The notes beneath the pieces are model-generated. The model was given only the letters and a program-made list of their open reading frames with translations. It had not been told where the DNA came from and did not search any database. Below, in pieces: positions 37,227-46,136 of a DNA stretch of 64,000 nt. The translations under genes were made by a program, and so were the position numbers. The DNA is from an uncultured Actinomycetota bacterium (GTDB taxonomy: Bacteria > Actinomycetota > Actinomycetes > Actinomycetales > Dermatophilaceae), in assembly GCA_963800505.1 (NCBI GenBank), contig CAWDBL010000024.1, positions 878-64,877 on the forward strand, given 5' to 3'. How positions within the stretch are numbered: the stretch's first letter is position 1; the number at the start of each line of letters is the position of its first letter.

Positions 37227-38038
37227 CCTCGCACGACGCCCCCCTCATCGAGCTGCACTCGGCATCCTTCGGCTACGGCGACCGCACCGTCGTGAGCGGG
37301 GTCGACCTCACCGTCCGGCGCGGCGAGGTCCTGGCGCTGCTCGGACCCAACGGCTGCGGCAAGTCGACCCTGGTGCGCGGGCTGCTCGGGCTGGTCGAGC
37401 AGCAGGGCGGCCAGGTGCGCCTGTTCGGTGTGGCCCGAGAGCGCTTCCGCGAGTTCACCCGGATCGGCTACGTGCCCCAGCACCACACCCTGTCTGCCGC
37501 GGTGCGGGCCACCGTCACCGAGGTCGTCGAGGTGGGCCGTCTGCCGCACCGTCCCTGGTGGCGGCCACAGAGCCGGCTGGACGCCGACGTGGTGCGCGAG
37601 TCGATCGCCGCCGTGGGGCTCGCGGACCGCGCCCAGGCGGAGGTGGCCCTGCTCTCGGGGGGCCAGCAGCGGCGCGTCCTCATCGCCCGCGCCCTGGCGG
37701 GGCGGCCGGACGTCCTCGTCATGGACGAGCCGACCGCCGGGGTCGACACGAGCAGCTCGGAGGCGCTGGCCGGCATCCTGGACCGGCTCGCCACGGAGGG
37801 GACGTCCATGGTCATCGTCACGCACGAGCTGGAGGCGCTGCGAGACGTCGTGACGCGCGTGGTCTGCATGGAGTCCGGGCGCGTCGACTTCAGCGGCACC
37901 GCTGCGGAGTACGCGGCGCACACGGCAGCACACGCGCCCGGGTCGGTCCACCACCACGACCCGACCCACGACGCACCCCGTGAGCCCGTGCTGAAGGCGC
38001 CCCTCGACCGCCGCGCTGCCGAGGGCCGTCGTGCGTGA
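37217..38038 (+). CDS. znuC: Zinc ABC transporter ATP-binding protein
   Basis: Walker A 'GPNGCGKST', signature 'LSGGQQRR', Walker B 'VLVMDEP'. Confidence 0.9.
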   Translation: MPVTSHDAPLIELHSASFGYGDRTVVSGVDLTVRRGEVLALLGPNGCGKSTLVRGLLGLVEQQGGQVRLFGVARERFREFTRIGYVPQHHTLSAAVRATVTEVVEVGRLPHRPWWRPQSRLDADVVRESIAAVGLADRAQAEVALLSGGQQRRVLIARALAGRPDVLVMDEPTAGVDTSSSEALAGILDRLATEGTSMVIVTHELEALRDVVTRVVCMESGRVDFSGTAAEYAAHTAAHAPGSVHHHDPTHDAPREPVLKAPLDRRAAEGRRA

Positions 38039-39017
38039 CCTGCTCGCCCTCGACTTCATGCGTCAGGCGTTGCTCGCGGCGCTGCTGGCCGGCATCGCCG
38101 CGCCGCTCGTCGGGGTCTTCCTCGTCCAGCGCCGCATGTCGCTCATCGGTGACGGCATGGGCCACGTGGCCCTGGCCGGGGTCGCCGTCGGCATCCTCAG
38201 CGGGCAGGCACCCGTGTTCACCGCGCTCGTCGCGGCCGTCATCGCCGGGGTCGCCATCGAGCTGATCCGGGCCTCGGGCCGCACGAGCGGTGACATCGCC
38301 CTCGCCGTGATGTTCTACGGCGGCATCGCGCTCGGCGTGGTCCTCATCGCCCGGTCCAGCTCCGGCACCCCGGCCAACCTCACCGCCTACCTGTTCGGTG
38401 CGATCCTCACGACGAGCAGCGGTGACCTCGTCGTCCTCGCGGTCCTCACGGTCGTCGTCCTCGGCGTCACCCTGCTGCTGCGGCAGCGCTTCTTCGCCGT
38501 CGCCAACGACGAGGAGTACGCCCGGGCGGTGGGGATGCCGGTACTCGGCTACAACACCCTGCTCGCGGTGCTCACCGCGGTCACCATCGTGGTGTCGATG
38601 CGCGCGGTCGGCCTGCTGCTGATCAGCGCCCTGATGATCATCCCGAACGCCACCGCCCAGCTCGTCGGTCGCAGCTTCCGCTCGAGCATGTGGTGGGCCG
38701 TGGGGATCGGGGTCGTCGCCAGCGTCGGCGGCGTGCTGCTCTCCTACCAGGCGGAGACCCCGTCCGGAGGCACCATCGTCCTGCTGGCGATCGCCATCTT
38801 CCTGGTCGTCAGCGGCGGCGCCGTGGTCCAGGACCGCTGGCGGCGGGCCGCGCACGCTCGCGCCGAGCGTCACGACCACGAACACGGGCCGCTCTGCGGC
38901 CACGAGCCCGTGCCTCACGGAGACCACGTCGACTACCTGCACGACGGCCACCGGCACGCCGCCCACGAGGAGCACTACGACGAGCACGGACAGCACACGG
39001 AGGTGGAGAGCCGATGA
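38031..39017 (+). CDS. znuB: Zinc ABC transporter permease with a His/Asp/Glu-rich C-terminal extension
   Basis: ABC-3 permease TM pattern. Tail 'ERHDHEHGPLCGHEPVPHGDHVDYLHDGHRHAAHEEHYDEHGQH'. Confidence 0.9.
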   Translation: MRDLLALDFMRQALLAALLAGIAAPLVGVFLVQRRMSLIGDGMGHVALAGVAVGILSGQAPVFTALVAAVIAGVAIELIRASGRTSGDIALAVMFYGGIALGVVLIARSSSGTPANLTAYLFGAILTTSSGDLVVLAVLTVVVLGVTLLLRQRFFAVANDEEYARAVGMPVLGYNTLLAVLTAVTIVVSMRAVGLLLISALMIIPNATAQLVGRSFRSSMWWAVGIGVVASVGGVLLSYQAETPSGGTIVLLAIAIFLVVSGGAVVQDRWRRAAHARAERHDHEHGPLCGHEPVPHGDHVDYLHDGHRHAAHEEHYDEHGQHTEVESR

Positions 39018-39427
39018 CCGAGCAGCTCTCGGGCGAGCGTCGGCCCACCCGGCAGCGGGCCGCGATCGCGAAGGCCCTCACCGGCTCGGCGGAGTTCCGC
39101 TCCGCCCAGGAGATCCACGCCTCCCTCGCCGGCTCGGGCACCCGCGTCGGTCTCGCCACGGTCTACCGCAACCTCCAGGCGATGGCCACCGACGGTGAGG
39201 TCGACGTCATCCGCACCGCCGAGGGCGAGGCCGTCTACCGGTCGTGCGCCACCGAGCACCATCACCACCACGTCGTGTGCCGGTCGTGCGGGCTGGCCGT
39301 CGAGGTGACCGGGGATGCCGTGGAGCGCTGGGCCGAGGCGATGGCCGCGGCGCACGGCTTCACCCAGGTGCGGCACACGGTCGAGATGGACGGCCTCTGC
39401 GCGGAGTGCTCGGCAGCGCTCGCCTGA
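39014..39427 (+). CDS. zur: Zinc uptake regulator (Fur family)
   Basis: ATGA overlap with znuB. 'RPTRQRAAI', 'ATVYRNL', 'EHHHHHVVCRSCG', 'GLCAEC'. Confidence 0.9.
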   Translation: MTEQLSGERRPTRQRAAIAKALTGSAEFRSAQEIHASLAGSGTRVGLATVYRNLQAMATDGEVDVIRTAEGEAVYRSCATEHHHHHVVCRSCGLAVEVTGDAVERWAEAMAAAHGFTQVRHTVEMDGLCAECSAALA

Positions 39428-39441
39428 CTCCCAATCCGTCG

Positions 39442-40888
39442 CTAGCCCGGTAGAGGCGGTCCCCCGTCCTCATCCTGGAGGCGACGGAGCATCGTCACTG
39501 CGTCGTCGTTGTCCGGGTCCAGCGCGACGGCCCGCCGCAGGTGCTCGACTGCCGTGGCGCGGCGACCGTCCACGTCGTGGGCCCATCCCGTCATGAACCA
39601 GGCCGCGGACGACTCCGGCTGCACCTGTCGCCACAGGTCCAGCAGGGGCCGGGCGAGGTCGGTGCGGTGCATCTCGATCAACCCCCACACCGCGTCCTCG
39701 AACCTCGCCTCGTCGACGTCGACGGTTCGCGGTTCCGCCGCCGCGAGCCGCTCGTACAGCTCGGCTGCCGTCGACATCCTGGCCTGCACGAGCAGGGGTG
39801 CCAGCGGCACCGTCACGGGTGGCACCGGCGCGGCTGCCGGCTCGTGCCCGAGCAGCACGTCGAGCGCCGCCCTGGTGAGGGTGAGGAGCGGGGCCGTGTT
39901 GCAGTTGGTCAGGACCGTGACCCCGATACCGAGGTCCGGCAGCAGGGCCAGGTTGACCGCAAAGCCGGGATCGGTGCCGGGGTGACCCACGACGGCATGG
40001 TCCCGGTGGGTGCCCCGGAACCACCCCAGGGCCATCTGTGCGTGCCAGTCGTCCCACCCGGGCTCGGCCACGGCCTCCCACATCAGGTCGTGGGTCGTGC
40101 GCGACATCAGCCCGGCCCCGCCGGCCAGGTGAGCCACCATCCACCGGCCCATCTCGGTGGCGCTGCTGTGCAGGGAGGAGCTGGGTGCGTGCGACCGCGT
40201 GTAGGGGTAGGCGCCGTCGACCACGGCCGGCGGCATCCCCAGGTGCGGGCCGGCGCCGAGGTGGGGCGGGATGTCGGCGGGCAGGAACGTGCTCGTCCGC
40301 ATACCGAGCGGTTCGAGCACCCGCTGCGAGAGGACGGTGCTCGAACGACTTCCCCCGCACTGTGGCCAGCAGGTGGCCGAGCAGCTCGTACCCGGCGTTG
40401 GAGTAGGCGAACCGCGCACCCGGATCGTGCTCCAGCCGCCAGCCTGCCACGCGGGTCGCGAACCGGGACAGCGCCTCGTCGTCGAGCTCCGGCTCGTGCC
40501 AGCCGTAGTCGACGACGTCACCCAGCCCGGACTGGTGTGACAGCAGCTGGCGCAGCGTCATGGTGCCGGCTCGCGGGTCGGCCCACGGCAGGTCGGGCAG
40601 GTAGGTCGTGATGCCGGCATCCAGGTCCAGCTCCCCGACCTCGACGAGCTGCAGCACGGCGCTGGCGACGAACGTCTTGGAGACCGACGCCAGGTGGAAG
40701 AGCGTGTCGGCCGTGACGGGTGCACCGGTGGCGGTCTCCCGCGTGCCGAAGCCACGAGCCACGACCCGGTCACCGCTGTGCACCACGCACACCGCCACGC
40801 CCGGGACCGGCCAGGTCCTCAGGATGTGATCGACGAACGGCCACAGCCGTGCCTCGATGCGGTGCTCGGCGTTCTCGACGAGGCCCAC
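39442..40888 (-). pseudogene. Serine hydrolase (beta-lactamase/PBP4* family) with a C-terminal TPR-like tail and an apparent frameshift near 40339
   Basis: ORF 39470..40888 has 'SVSKTF' (SxxK) and 'YSNAGY', then degenerates after 'RGKSFE'. ORF 39442..40521 continues in the next frame with 'TVLSQRVLEPLGMRTSTF...GHPGTDPGF...'. Confidence 0.7.
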
Positions 40889-40918
40889 CGGTCGAAGGCT
40901 ACTCCGGAGGTCGGCGGC

Positions 40919-41572
40919 TCAGAACGCCGAGACGGCACCTGTCGAGCGCTGCGGCCGGCTGAGCGCGCGGAGCACCGCGGCCTGGCCGTGGCGCTCGGCG
41001 GCGACCGACGCGAGCAGGCCGAGCACGGCATCCGCCGCCTCGTCGGGGAAGCGCGGGGTGTCGACGCCGATGCTCGACGCCAGGTCGTCGGAGTGCACGA
41101 GCACCTCCATCGTGCGGGTCAGCACGAAGTCGGCGGCGGTCAGTGACCACCCTTGCCACGGGATGAGCACCGAGTCGGGACGGCGGCTGCCGTCGAGCAC
41201 CGGCGCCAGCGCGGCCGGGAGCGCGGCGAGGTCGGCCGCCACCCGCTCCCCCAGGTCGGCCGGTCCTGACGCCGCGTACCCGTCGGCCGACGTGCGCACG
41301 TCGACGTTCACCTCGTCGTCGAGCCCCGCGCGAACCCACGCGGCTCGGCGGTAGTGCTCGAGGGCAGGGATGGGGTCGGCATCGTGCGCGGGCTCCGCCA
41401 GCAGCAGCACGACGTTCGCCGCCTGCCCGGCGAGATGGTTCGCGAGCCCGCCGACCGTCATGCCGGCACAGGCGCTCTCGTCGCCCCAGCGGGCCGCGAC
41501 CCGGGGTTGGCGGATGAGGTCGGCCGCCACGCGCGCCACCTCCGGGAACTGCTCGACCAGACGACGGCTCAT
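40919..41572 (-). CDS. Maleylpyruvate-isomerase-N-terminal/DinB-like (mycothiol-dependent family) protein
   Basis: 217 aa. 'MTVGGLANHLAG' resembles the DinB/MDMPI metal-site helix. Confidence 0.6.
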   Translation of the reverse strand: MSRRLVEQFPEVARVAADLIRQPRVAARWGDESACAGMTVGGLANHLAGQAANVVLLLAEPAHDADPIPALEHYRRAAWVRAGLDDEVNVDVRTSADGYAASGPADLGERVAADLAALPAALAPVLDGSRRPDSVLIPWQGWSLTAADFVLTRTMEVLVHSDDLASSIGVDTPRFPDEAADAVLGLLASVAAERHGQAAVLRALSRPQRSTGAVSAF

Positions 41573-41581
41573 GCCGCGACG

Positions 41582-42397
41582 CTACCGACCCGCACCGTCA
41601 GCACGTGCCTCGGCGGTGGGGGCGTCGACGGCACCGCCGTAGCGTCGCTCGCGGTCGACGTAGGACTGGATGGCGGCCCACAGGTCGCGCCGGTCGTAGT
41701 CGGGCCACAGCCGGTCCTGGAAGACCATCTCGGCGTAGGCGCTCTGCCAGAGCAGGAAGTTGCTGGTGCGCTGCTCGCCCGAGGACCGCACGAACAGGTC
41801 GACGTCGGGCATGTCCGGCTCGGGCAGGTAGCGGGCCACGGTCTTCTCGTCGACCGAGCGCGGCTTGAGCCGGCCGCGGGCGACGTCCTCGGCGAGCCGC
41901 TGCACGGCATCCCCGATCTCGGCGCGGCCGCCGTAGTTGACGCAGAAGTAGAGCGTCAGTCCGCTGTTGTTGCGGGTGAGCTGCTGGGCGACCTCGAGCT
42001 CCTTGATGACCGAGCCCCACAGCCGCGGGCGGCGGCCGACCCAGCGCATCCGCACGCCCCACTCGTGCAGCTGGTCGCGGCGGCGGCGGATGACGTCACG
42101 GTTGAACCCCATGAGGAACTTCACCTCGTCAGGGCTGCGCTTCCAGTTCTCGGTGGAGAACGCGTAGGCCGACAGGTGGGTGACCCCGACCTCGATGGCG
42201 CCGGCGACGACGTCGAGCAGCGCGGCCTCCCCCGCCTCGTGCCCCTTGGTGCGGGGCAGGCCGCGTGAGTTGGCCCAGCGGCCGTTGCCGTCCATGACCA
42301 CCGCGACGTGACCGGGTAGCTTGTCGAGCGCGATGGCGGGTGGCCGGGCGCCACTGGGGTGCGGGAAGGGTGGCGGGTACGGGCTCGGCGCGCTCAC
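41582..42397 (-). CDS. uppS: Isoprenyl (undecaprenyl/decaprenyl) diphosphate synthase
   Basis: ORF 41582..42649 trimmed to GTG 42397 (GTGA overlap with the recO stop). '[13 protein letters not shown]', 'FSTENWKR', 'RTSNFLLWQ'. Confidence 0.9.
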   Translation of the reverse strand: MSAPSPYPPPFPHPSGARPPAIALDKLPGHVAVVMDGNGRWANSRGLPRTKGHEAGEAALLDVVAGAIEVGVTHLSAYAFSTENWKRSPDEVKFLMGFNRDVIRRRRDQLHEWGVRMRWVGRRPRLWGSVIKELEVAQQLTRNNSGLTLYFCVNYGGRAEIGDAVQRLAEDVARGRLKPRSVDEKTVARYLPEPDMPDVDLFVRSSGEQRTSNFLLWQSAYAEMVFQDRLWPDYDRRDLWAAIQSYVDRERRYGGAVDAPTAEARADGAGR

Positions 42398-43119
42398 CGC
42401 TCCACCATACGGAGGCTGCGGATGCCGCGTTCGAGGTGCCACTGCAGGAACGCCGCGGTGAGGCCGCTGCCCTCGCGGCGGTGCTGCGGGTCGGAGGCGT
42501 CGGCGACGGCCCAGTCGCCGGCGAGCAGCGCGCTGAGCAGCAGAAAGGTCTCGGGTGCGGGGGCCGCGGAGCCGGGCGGGCGGCAGGCCGGGCAGACGGC
42601 GCCACCGGCCACCACGTGGAAGCCGCGGTGCGGCCCGGGTGCGCCGCACTTGGCGCAGTCGGAGAAGCTGGGCGCCCAGCCGGCGACCGCGAGCGCCCGC
42701 AGCAGGTAGGCGTCGAGCACCAGGTTGGGGTCGTGCTCCTTGCCGGCGAGCGAGCGCAGCGCCCCGGCGAGCAGCAGGTACTGCTGCAGGGCGGGTTCGC
42801 GCTCCTCGGTGAGCCGGTCGCAGGTCTCGAGCACCGCGGTCGCGGTCGTGTAGCTCGGGTAGTCGCGGGCGATCGCGTCACCCCAGGGGTCGAGCGTCTC
42901 GATCTGCGTCACCGTGTCGAGGCTGCGGCCCTCGTAGCACTGGATGTCGACGTGCATCGCGGGCTCGAGCCGGCTGCCGAAGCGCGACTTGGTGCGGCGC
43001 ACCCCCTTGCCGACCGCGCGCACCTTGCCCAGGCGGCGGGTGAGGAGGGTGACGATGCGGTCGGCCTCACCCAGCTTCTGGGTGCGCAGGACGATCGCCT
43101 CGTCGCGGTAGAGGGGCAC
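42394..43119 (-). CDS. recO: DNA repair protein RecO
   Basis: '[38 protein letters not shown]'. Zinc site 'C..C......C..C' ('[25 protein letters not shown]'). Confidence 0.95.
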   Translation of the reverse strand: MPLYRDEAIVLRTQKLGEADRIVTLLTRRLGKVRAVGKGVRRTKSRFGSRLEPAMHVDIQCYEGRSLDTVTQIETLDPWGDAIARDYPSYTTATAVLETCDRLTEEREPALQQYLLLAGALRSLAGKEHDPNLVLDAYLLRALAVAGWAPSFSDCAKCGAPGPHRGFHVVAGGAVCPACRPPGSAAPAPETFLLLSALLAGDWAVADASDPQHRREGSGLTAAFLQWHLERGIRSLRMVER

Positions 43120-43188
43120 CGCACCATTGTCGGGGCTACTCGAGCGATCGGCGGGATGCCGGGCCGCTCGGGCCGCTGCGGCCGACGG

Positions 43189-44118
43189 TCAGCGCGGTGG
43201 GTCGATCGCGTGGTGGGTCCACAGGTGCAGCACGGCGAGTGACCGGTGCGGCCGCCAGGCCTCGGATGCCGTGGCCGCCTGTCGCGCGGTGATCCCGCCG
43301 AGCGCCTTGCGCAGCACGAGGTCGCCGGGGAGGAACACGTCGGGGTCGCGCAGGGCGCGGAGCGCGACGAGGTCGGCCGTCCACGGTCCGACACCCGGGA
43401 TCGCCAGGAGGCCGGCCCGCTGCTCCGGACTTCGCAGGTCGAGGGTGCCGTCGGCGACGGCTCGGGCGATGGCCACGACGGTCCTCGCTCGGGCGCCGGT
43501 GATGCCGACGGTGCGCTGGAGGTCGACCGGGTCACGAGCCGCCAGTACCTCGGGTGACGGAAACCCCTGCAGTCCGTCGAGTTGGGTGCTCAGGTGGCTG
43601 CCCCGGCGACCACCTGAGCACCCGACGCCGTGGTCTGAGCCGTGGGCGGCGACGAGGCGGGCCGCGAAGACCCGCCCCGCGGCCAAGGACACGTGCTGGC
43701 CGAGCACCACCAGCACGGCGGTCTCGAACGGGTCGGTGCTGCCGGGCACCCGCAGGTGCGGTCGTTCCCGGACCAGCGGTCCGAGCACCGGGTCGCCCGC
43801 GAGCGCTGCGACCCCGGGCGCCGGGTCGGCGTCGAGACCGAGCCAGCGCCGGGCCACAGCGGTGGCCGCGGCGACGGCATCCGGTGCGCCGGCGGCGTCG
43901 ATGCCCGGGATGCCGGCGGTGCCGGGCGGCACGGTGACGGTGAGCGGCGCGAGGGCACTGGCGGAGGTGCGGACGAACCGGCGGTGCCGGCTCGACCCGT
44001 CGGCGAGCACCTCGACGTCGTCGAGACCCGGCACGGCGTGTGCGACGAGGAACGCCCGCAGCGCCGGCAGATCCACGAGGTCGGAGCTCACCGGTTGATC
44101 AAACCCCATGTTCCCCAC
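43189..44118 (-). CDS. DNA-3-methyladenine glycosylase II family (AlkA-like, HhH-GPD)
   Basis: HhH-GPD 'LLAIPGVGPWTADLVALRALRDPDVFLPGD'. Confidence 0.8.
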   Translation of the reverse strand: MGNMGFDQPVSSDLVDLPALRAFLVAHAVPGLDDVEVLADGSSRHRRFVRTSASALAPLTVTVPPGTAGIPGIDAAGAPDAVAAATAVARRWLGLDADPAPGVAALAGDPVLGPLVRERPHLRVPGSTDPFETAVLVVLGQHVSLAAGRVFAARLVAAHGSDHGVGCSGGRRGSHLSTQLDGLQGFPSPEVLAARDPVDLQRTVGITGARARTVVAIARAVADGTLDLRSPEQRAGLLAIPGVGPWTADLVALRALRDPDVFLPGDLVLRKALGGITARQAATASEAWRPHRSLAVLHLWTHHAIDPPR

Positions 44119-44144
44119 GTGCTCGCCGCCATAGGCTCGCCGAC

Positions 44145-44640
44145 ATGGCCGACACCCCGTTCTTCGACCCGTGGCGGGAGCCCGACCAGGACCAGGACCA
44201 GGACGACCAGCAGCAGGAGATCGACCTGCCGTGGATACCTCCGGTGCACGTGGTGGGACAGGTGGTGCCGATCGCGGCGACGGTCTTCCGCAGCGACGAC
44301 GTCGCGGTGGTGGTCACCCACGTCGTCGCCTTCCAGCGTGGGTTCGAGGTGCACCTCTGCACCTCGCTGCGGCCAGGCACCCGCCGGCCCGAGACGGCCG
44401 AGGCCCCGTTCTGGCAGGTCCAGGAGCCGCGCGTCGGCATCCGGCTCGGCGTGGTGGGTGAGCCCGATGCCCGAGGGTGACGCGCTCGAGGTGGTGGTCG
44501 AGTGGGGCCACCAGGGCGTGCCCGAGTCGTCGGTTCGCCTCGACCTCGAGACCGTGCGGGCCGCAGCCGCCCGCGAGGACGTCTTGTGGGAACCGCCCCA
44601 GCCTCCCCAGGAGGGCTATCTCGGGTGGTCTGGGCCCTGA
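44145..44640 (+). pseudogene. Conserved actinobacterial hypothetical protein, apparently disrupted (two frames)
   Basis: ATG 44145 reads 'MADTPFFDPWREPDQDQDQDDQQQEIDLPWIPP...' and stops at 44480. The adjacent frame continues '..WWVSPMPEGDALEVVVEWGHQGVPESSVRLDLETVRAAAA..' to 44640. Confidence 0.4.
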
Positions 44641-44646
44641 GACCGG

Positions 44647-45333
44647 TCAGGCGAAGTCGGTCGAGGCCAGCTCGGGCCGCCCGCTCTCGATCGCGTCGAG
44701 GACGATGCGCGCGACGTCGTCGGGGTCGAGCCCCTCGGGCAGCGTGGGCGCCGTGCCCGCGAGTGGGCGGCCGGCGAGGCCGGTCTCGGTGTGCGGGGGC
44801 CGCACGTCGATGACGTCGACACCCGACCGGCGCAGCTCGCGCGACAGCGCCCGGTCGGCCGCCGTGAGCGCCGCCTTGCTCGCTGAGTAGGCGGCCATCC
44901 CGGGCAACGGGGTCTCGGCCACCACAGCACTCAGCTGCACGACGAAACCGCGGCGCTCGGCCAGCGCCGGCACCACGCGACGCACGAGGAAGAGCGGGCC
45001 GAGCACGTTGGTGAGGAACAGCTCCTCGATCACCGCGTCGTCGGTGTCGAGCAGCGGCCCGAAGGCCACGACCCCCGCGGCGTTGACCAGCCCGTCGAGG
45101 CCACCGTGCCCTTCGACGGCTGCGGCGACGACCCGCTCGCCGAGGGCGGCGTCGGACACGTCGCCCACGACGACGGTCGCCCCCTCGAGGATGCCGCGCA
45201 GCCGGTCCTCGTCCCGGCCGACCAGCACGAGGTGAGCGCCACGCTCGGCGGCCCCCCGCGCGATGCGCGAGCCCAGCTCGCCGCTCGCCCCGACGACCGC
45301 GACCACGAGACCGGACAGGGGATGGGCGCTCAT
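44647..45333 (-). CDS. SDR-family oxidoreductase
   Basis: ORF trimmed to ATG 45333. 'VVGASGELGSRIA' (TGxxxGxG-like), 'YSASKAAL' (YxxxK). Confidence 0.85.
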   Translation of the reverse strand: MSAHPLSGLVVAVVGASGELGSRIARGAAERGAHLVLVGRDEDRLRGILEGATVVVGDVSDAALGERVVAAAVEGHGGLDGLVNAAGVVAFGPLLDTDDAVIEELFLTNVLGPLFLVRRVVPALAERRGFVVQLSAVVAETPLPGMAAYSASKAALTAADRALSRELRRSGVDVIDVRPPHTETGLAGRPLAGTAPTLPEGLDPDDVARIVLDAIESGRPELASTDFA

Positions 45334-45368
45334 CCCCCCAGCCCACGGCATCCGGATGCCGGGCACAA

Positions 45369-46055
45369 GTGGTGTGCAAGGTTGGCGCCGGGCGTGTGGA
45401 CAGGTGTTCGAATGCCGACTACGCTGGCGTGGTGGCTGAACTCCAGGGCTCGCTGCTCGACCTGGCCGACGAGGTCGTCGTCCACCCGCTGCGCGAGGTG
45501 CACCGCACGCCCCTCGCCCACGGCGCGTGGGTCGACGTGATGACCGGGTTCGTCGGGGGTGCCGACCGGCTGTACTCCGCGCTGCGGCACGACGTGCCGT
45601 GGCAGGCGGAGCGCCGCCAGATGTACGACTCGATCGTCGACGTGCCCCGGCTGCTGCGGTTCTACGGCGAACGGGAGCGTCTCCCCCATCGCGCGCTCGA
45701 CGAGGCGCGCGACGCCCTGTCCTCCCACTACGCCGACGAGCTCGGTGAGCCGTTCACGACGGCCGGCCTGTGCCTCTACCGCGACGGGCACGACTCGGTG
45801 GCCTGGCACGGTGACCGGATCGGCCGCTCTCGCGACTCCGACACCATGGTCGCCATCGTCTCGGTCGGTGCGCCACGCGACCTCGTGCTGCGCCCGAGGG
45901 GCGGTGGCGCGTCGACCAGGGTGCCCGCGGGGCACGGTGACCTGGTCGTGATGGGCGGCTCCTGCCAGCGCACCTGGGACCACTGCGTGCCCAAGACGGC
46001 CAAGCCGGTCGGCCCGCGGATCTCGATCCAGTTCCGCACCGCCGGGGTGCGCTGA
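45369..46055 (+). CDS. AlkB-like 2OG/Fe(II)-dependent dioxygenase
   Basis: 'DSVAWHGDRIG' (HxD), 'GDLVVMGGSCQRTWDHCVPK', 'RISIQFR'. Start uncertain; in-frame GTGs occur near 45429. Confidence 0.8.
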   Translation: MVCKVGAGRVDRCSNADYAGVVAELQGSLLDLADEVVVHPLREVHRTPLAHGAWVDVMTGFVGGADRLYSALRHDVPWQAERRQMYDSIVDVPRLLRFYGERERLPHRALDEARDALSSHYADELGEPFTTAGLCLYRDGHDSVAWHGDRIGRSRDSDTMVAIVSVGAPRDLVLRPRGGGASTRVPAGHGDLVVMGGSCQRTWDHCVPKTAKPVGPRISIQFRTAGVR

Positions 46056-46136
46056 AGGGCGGTCCCGCTCCGGTTGACGAGTGCGCCGAACGGGTGGAGG
46101 GTCGCATCCAGCCCGTCGTCCACGAGAGGTCCTCCC

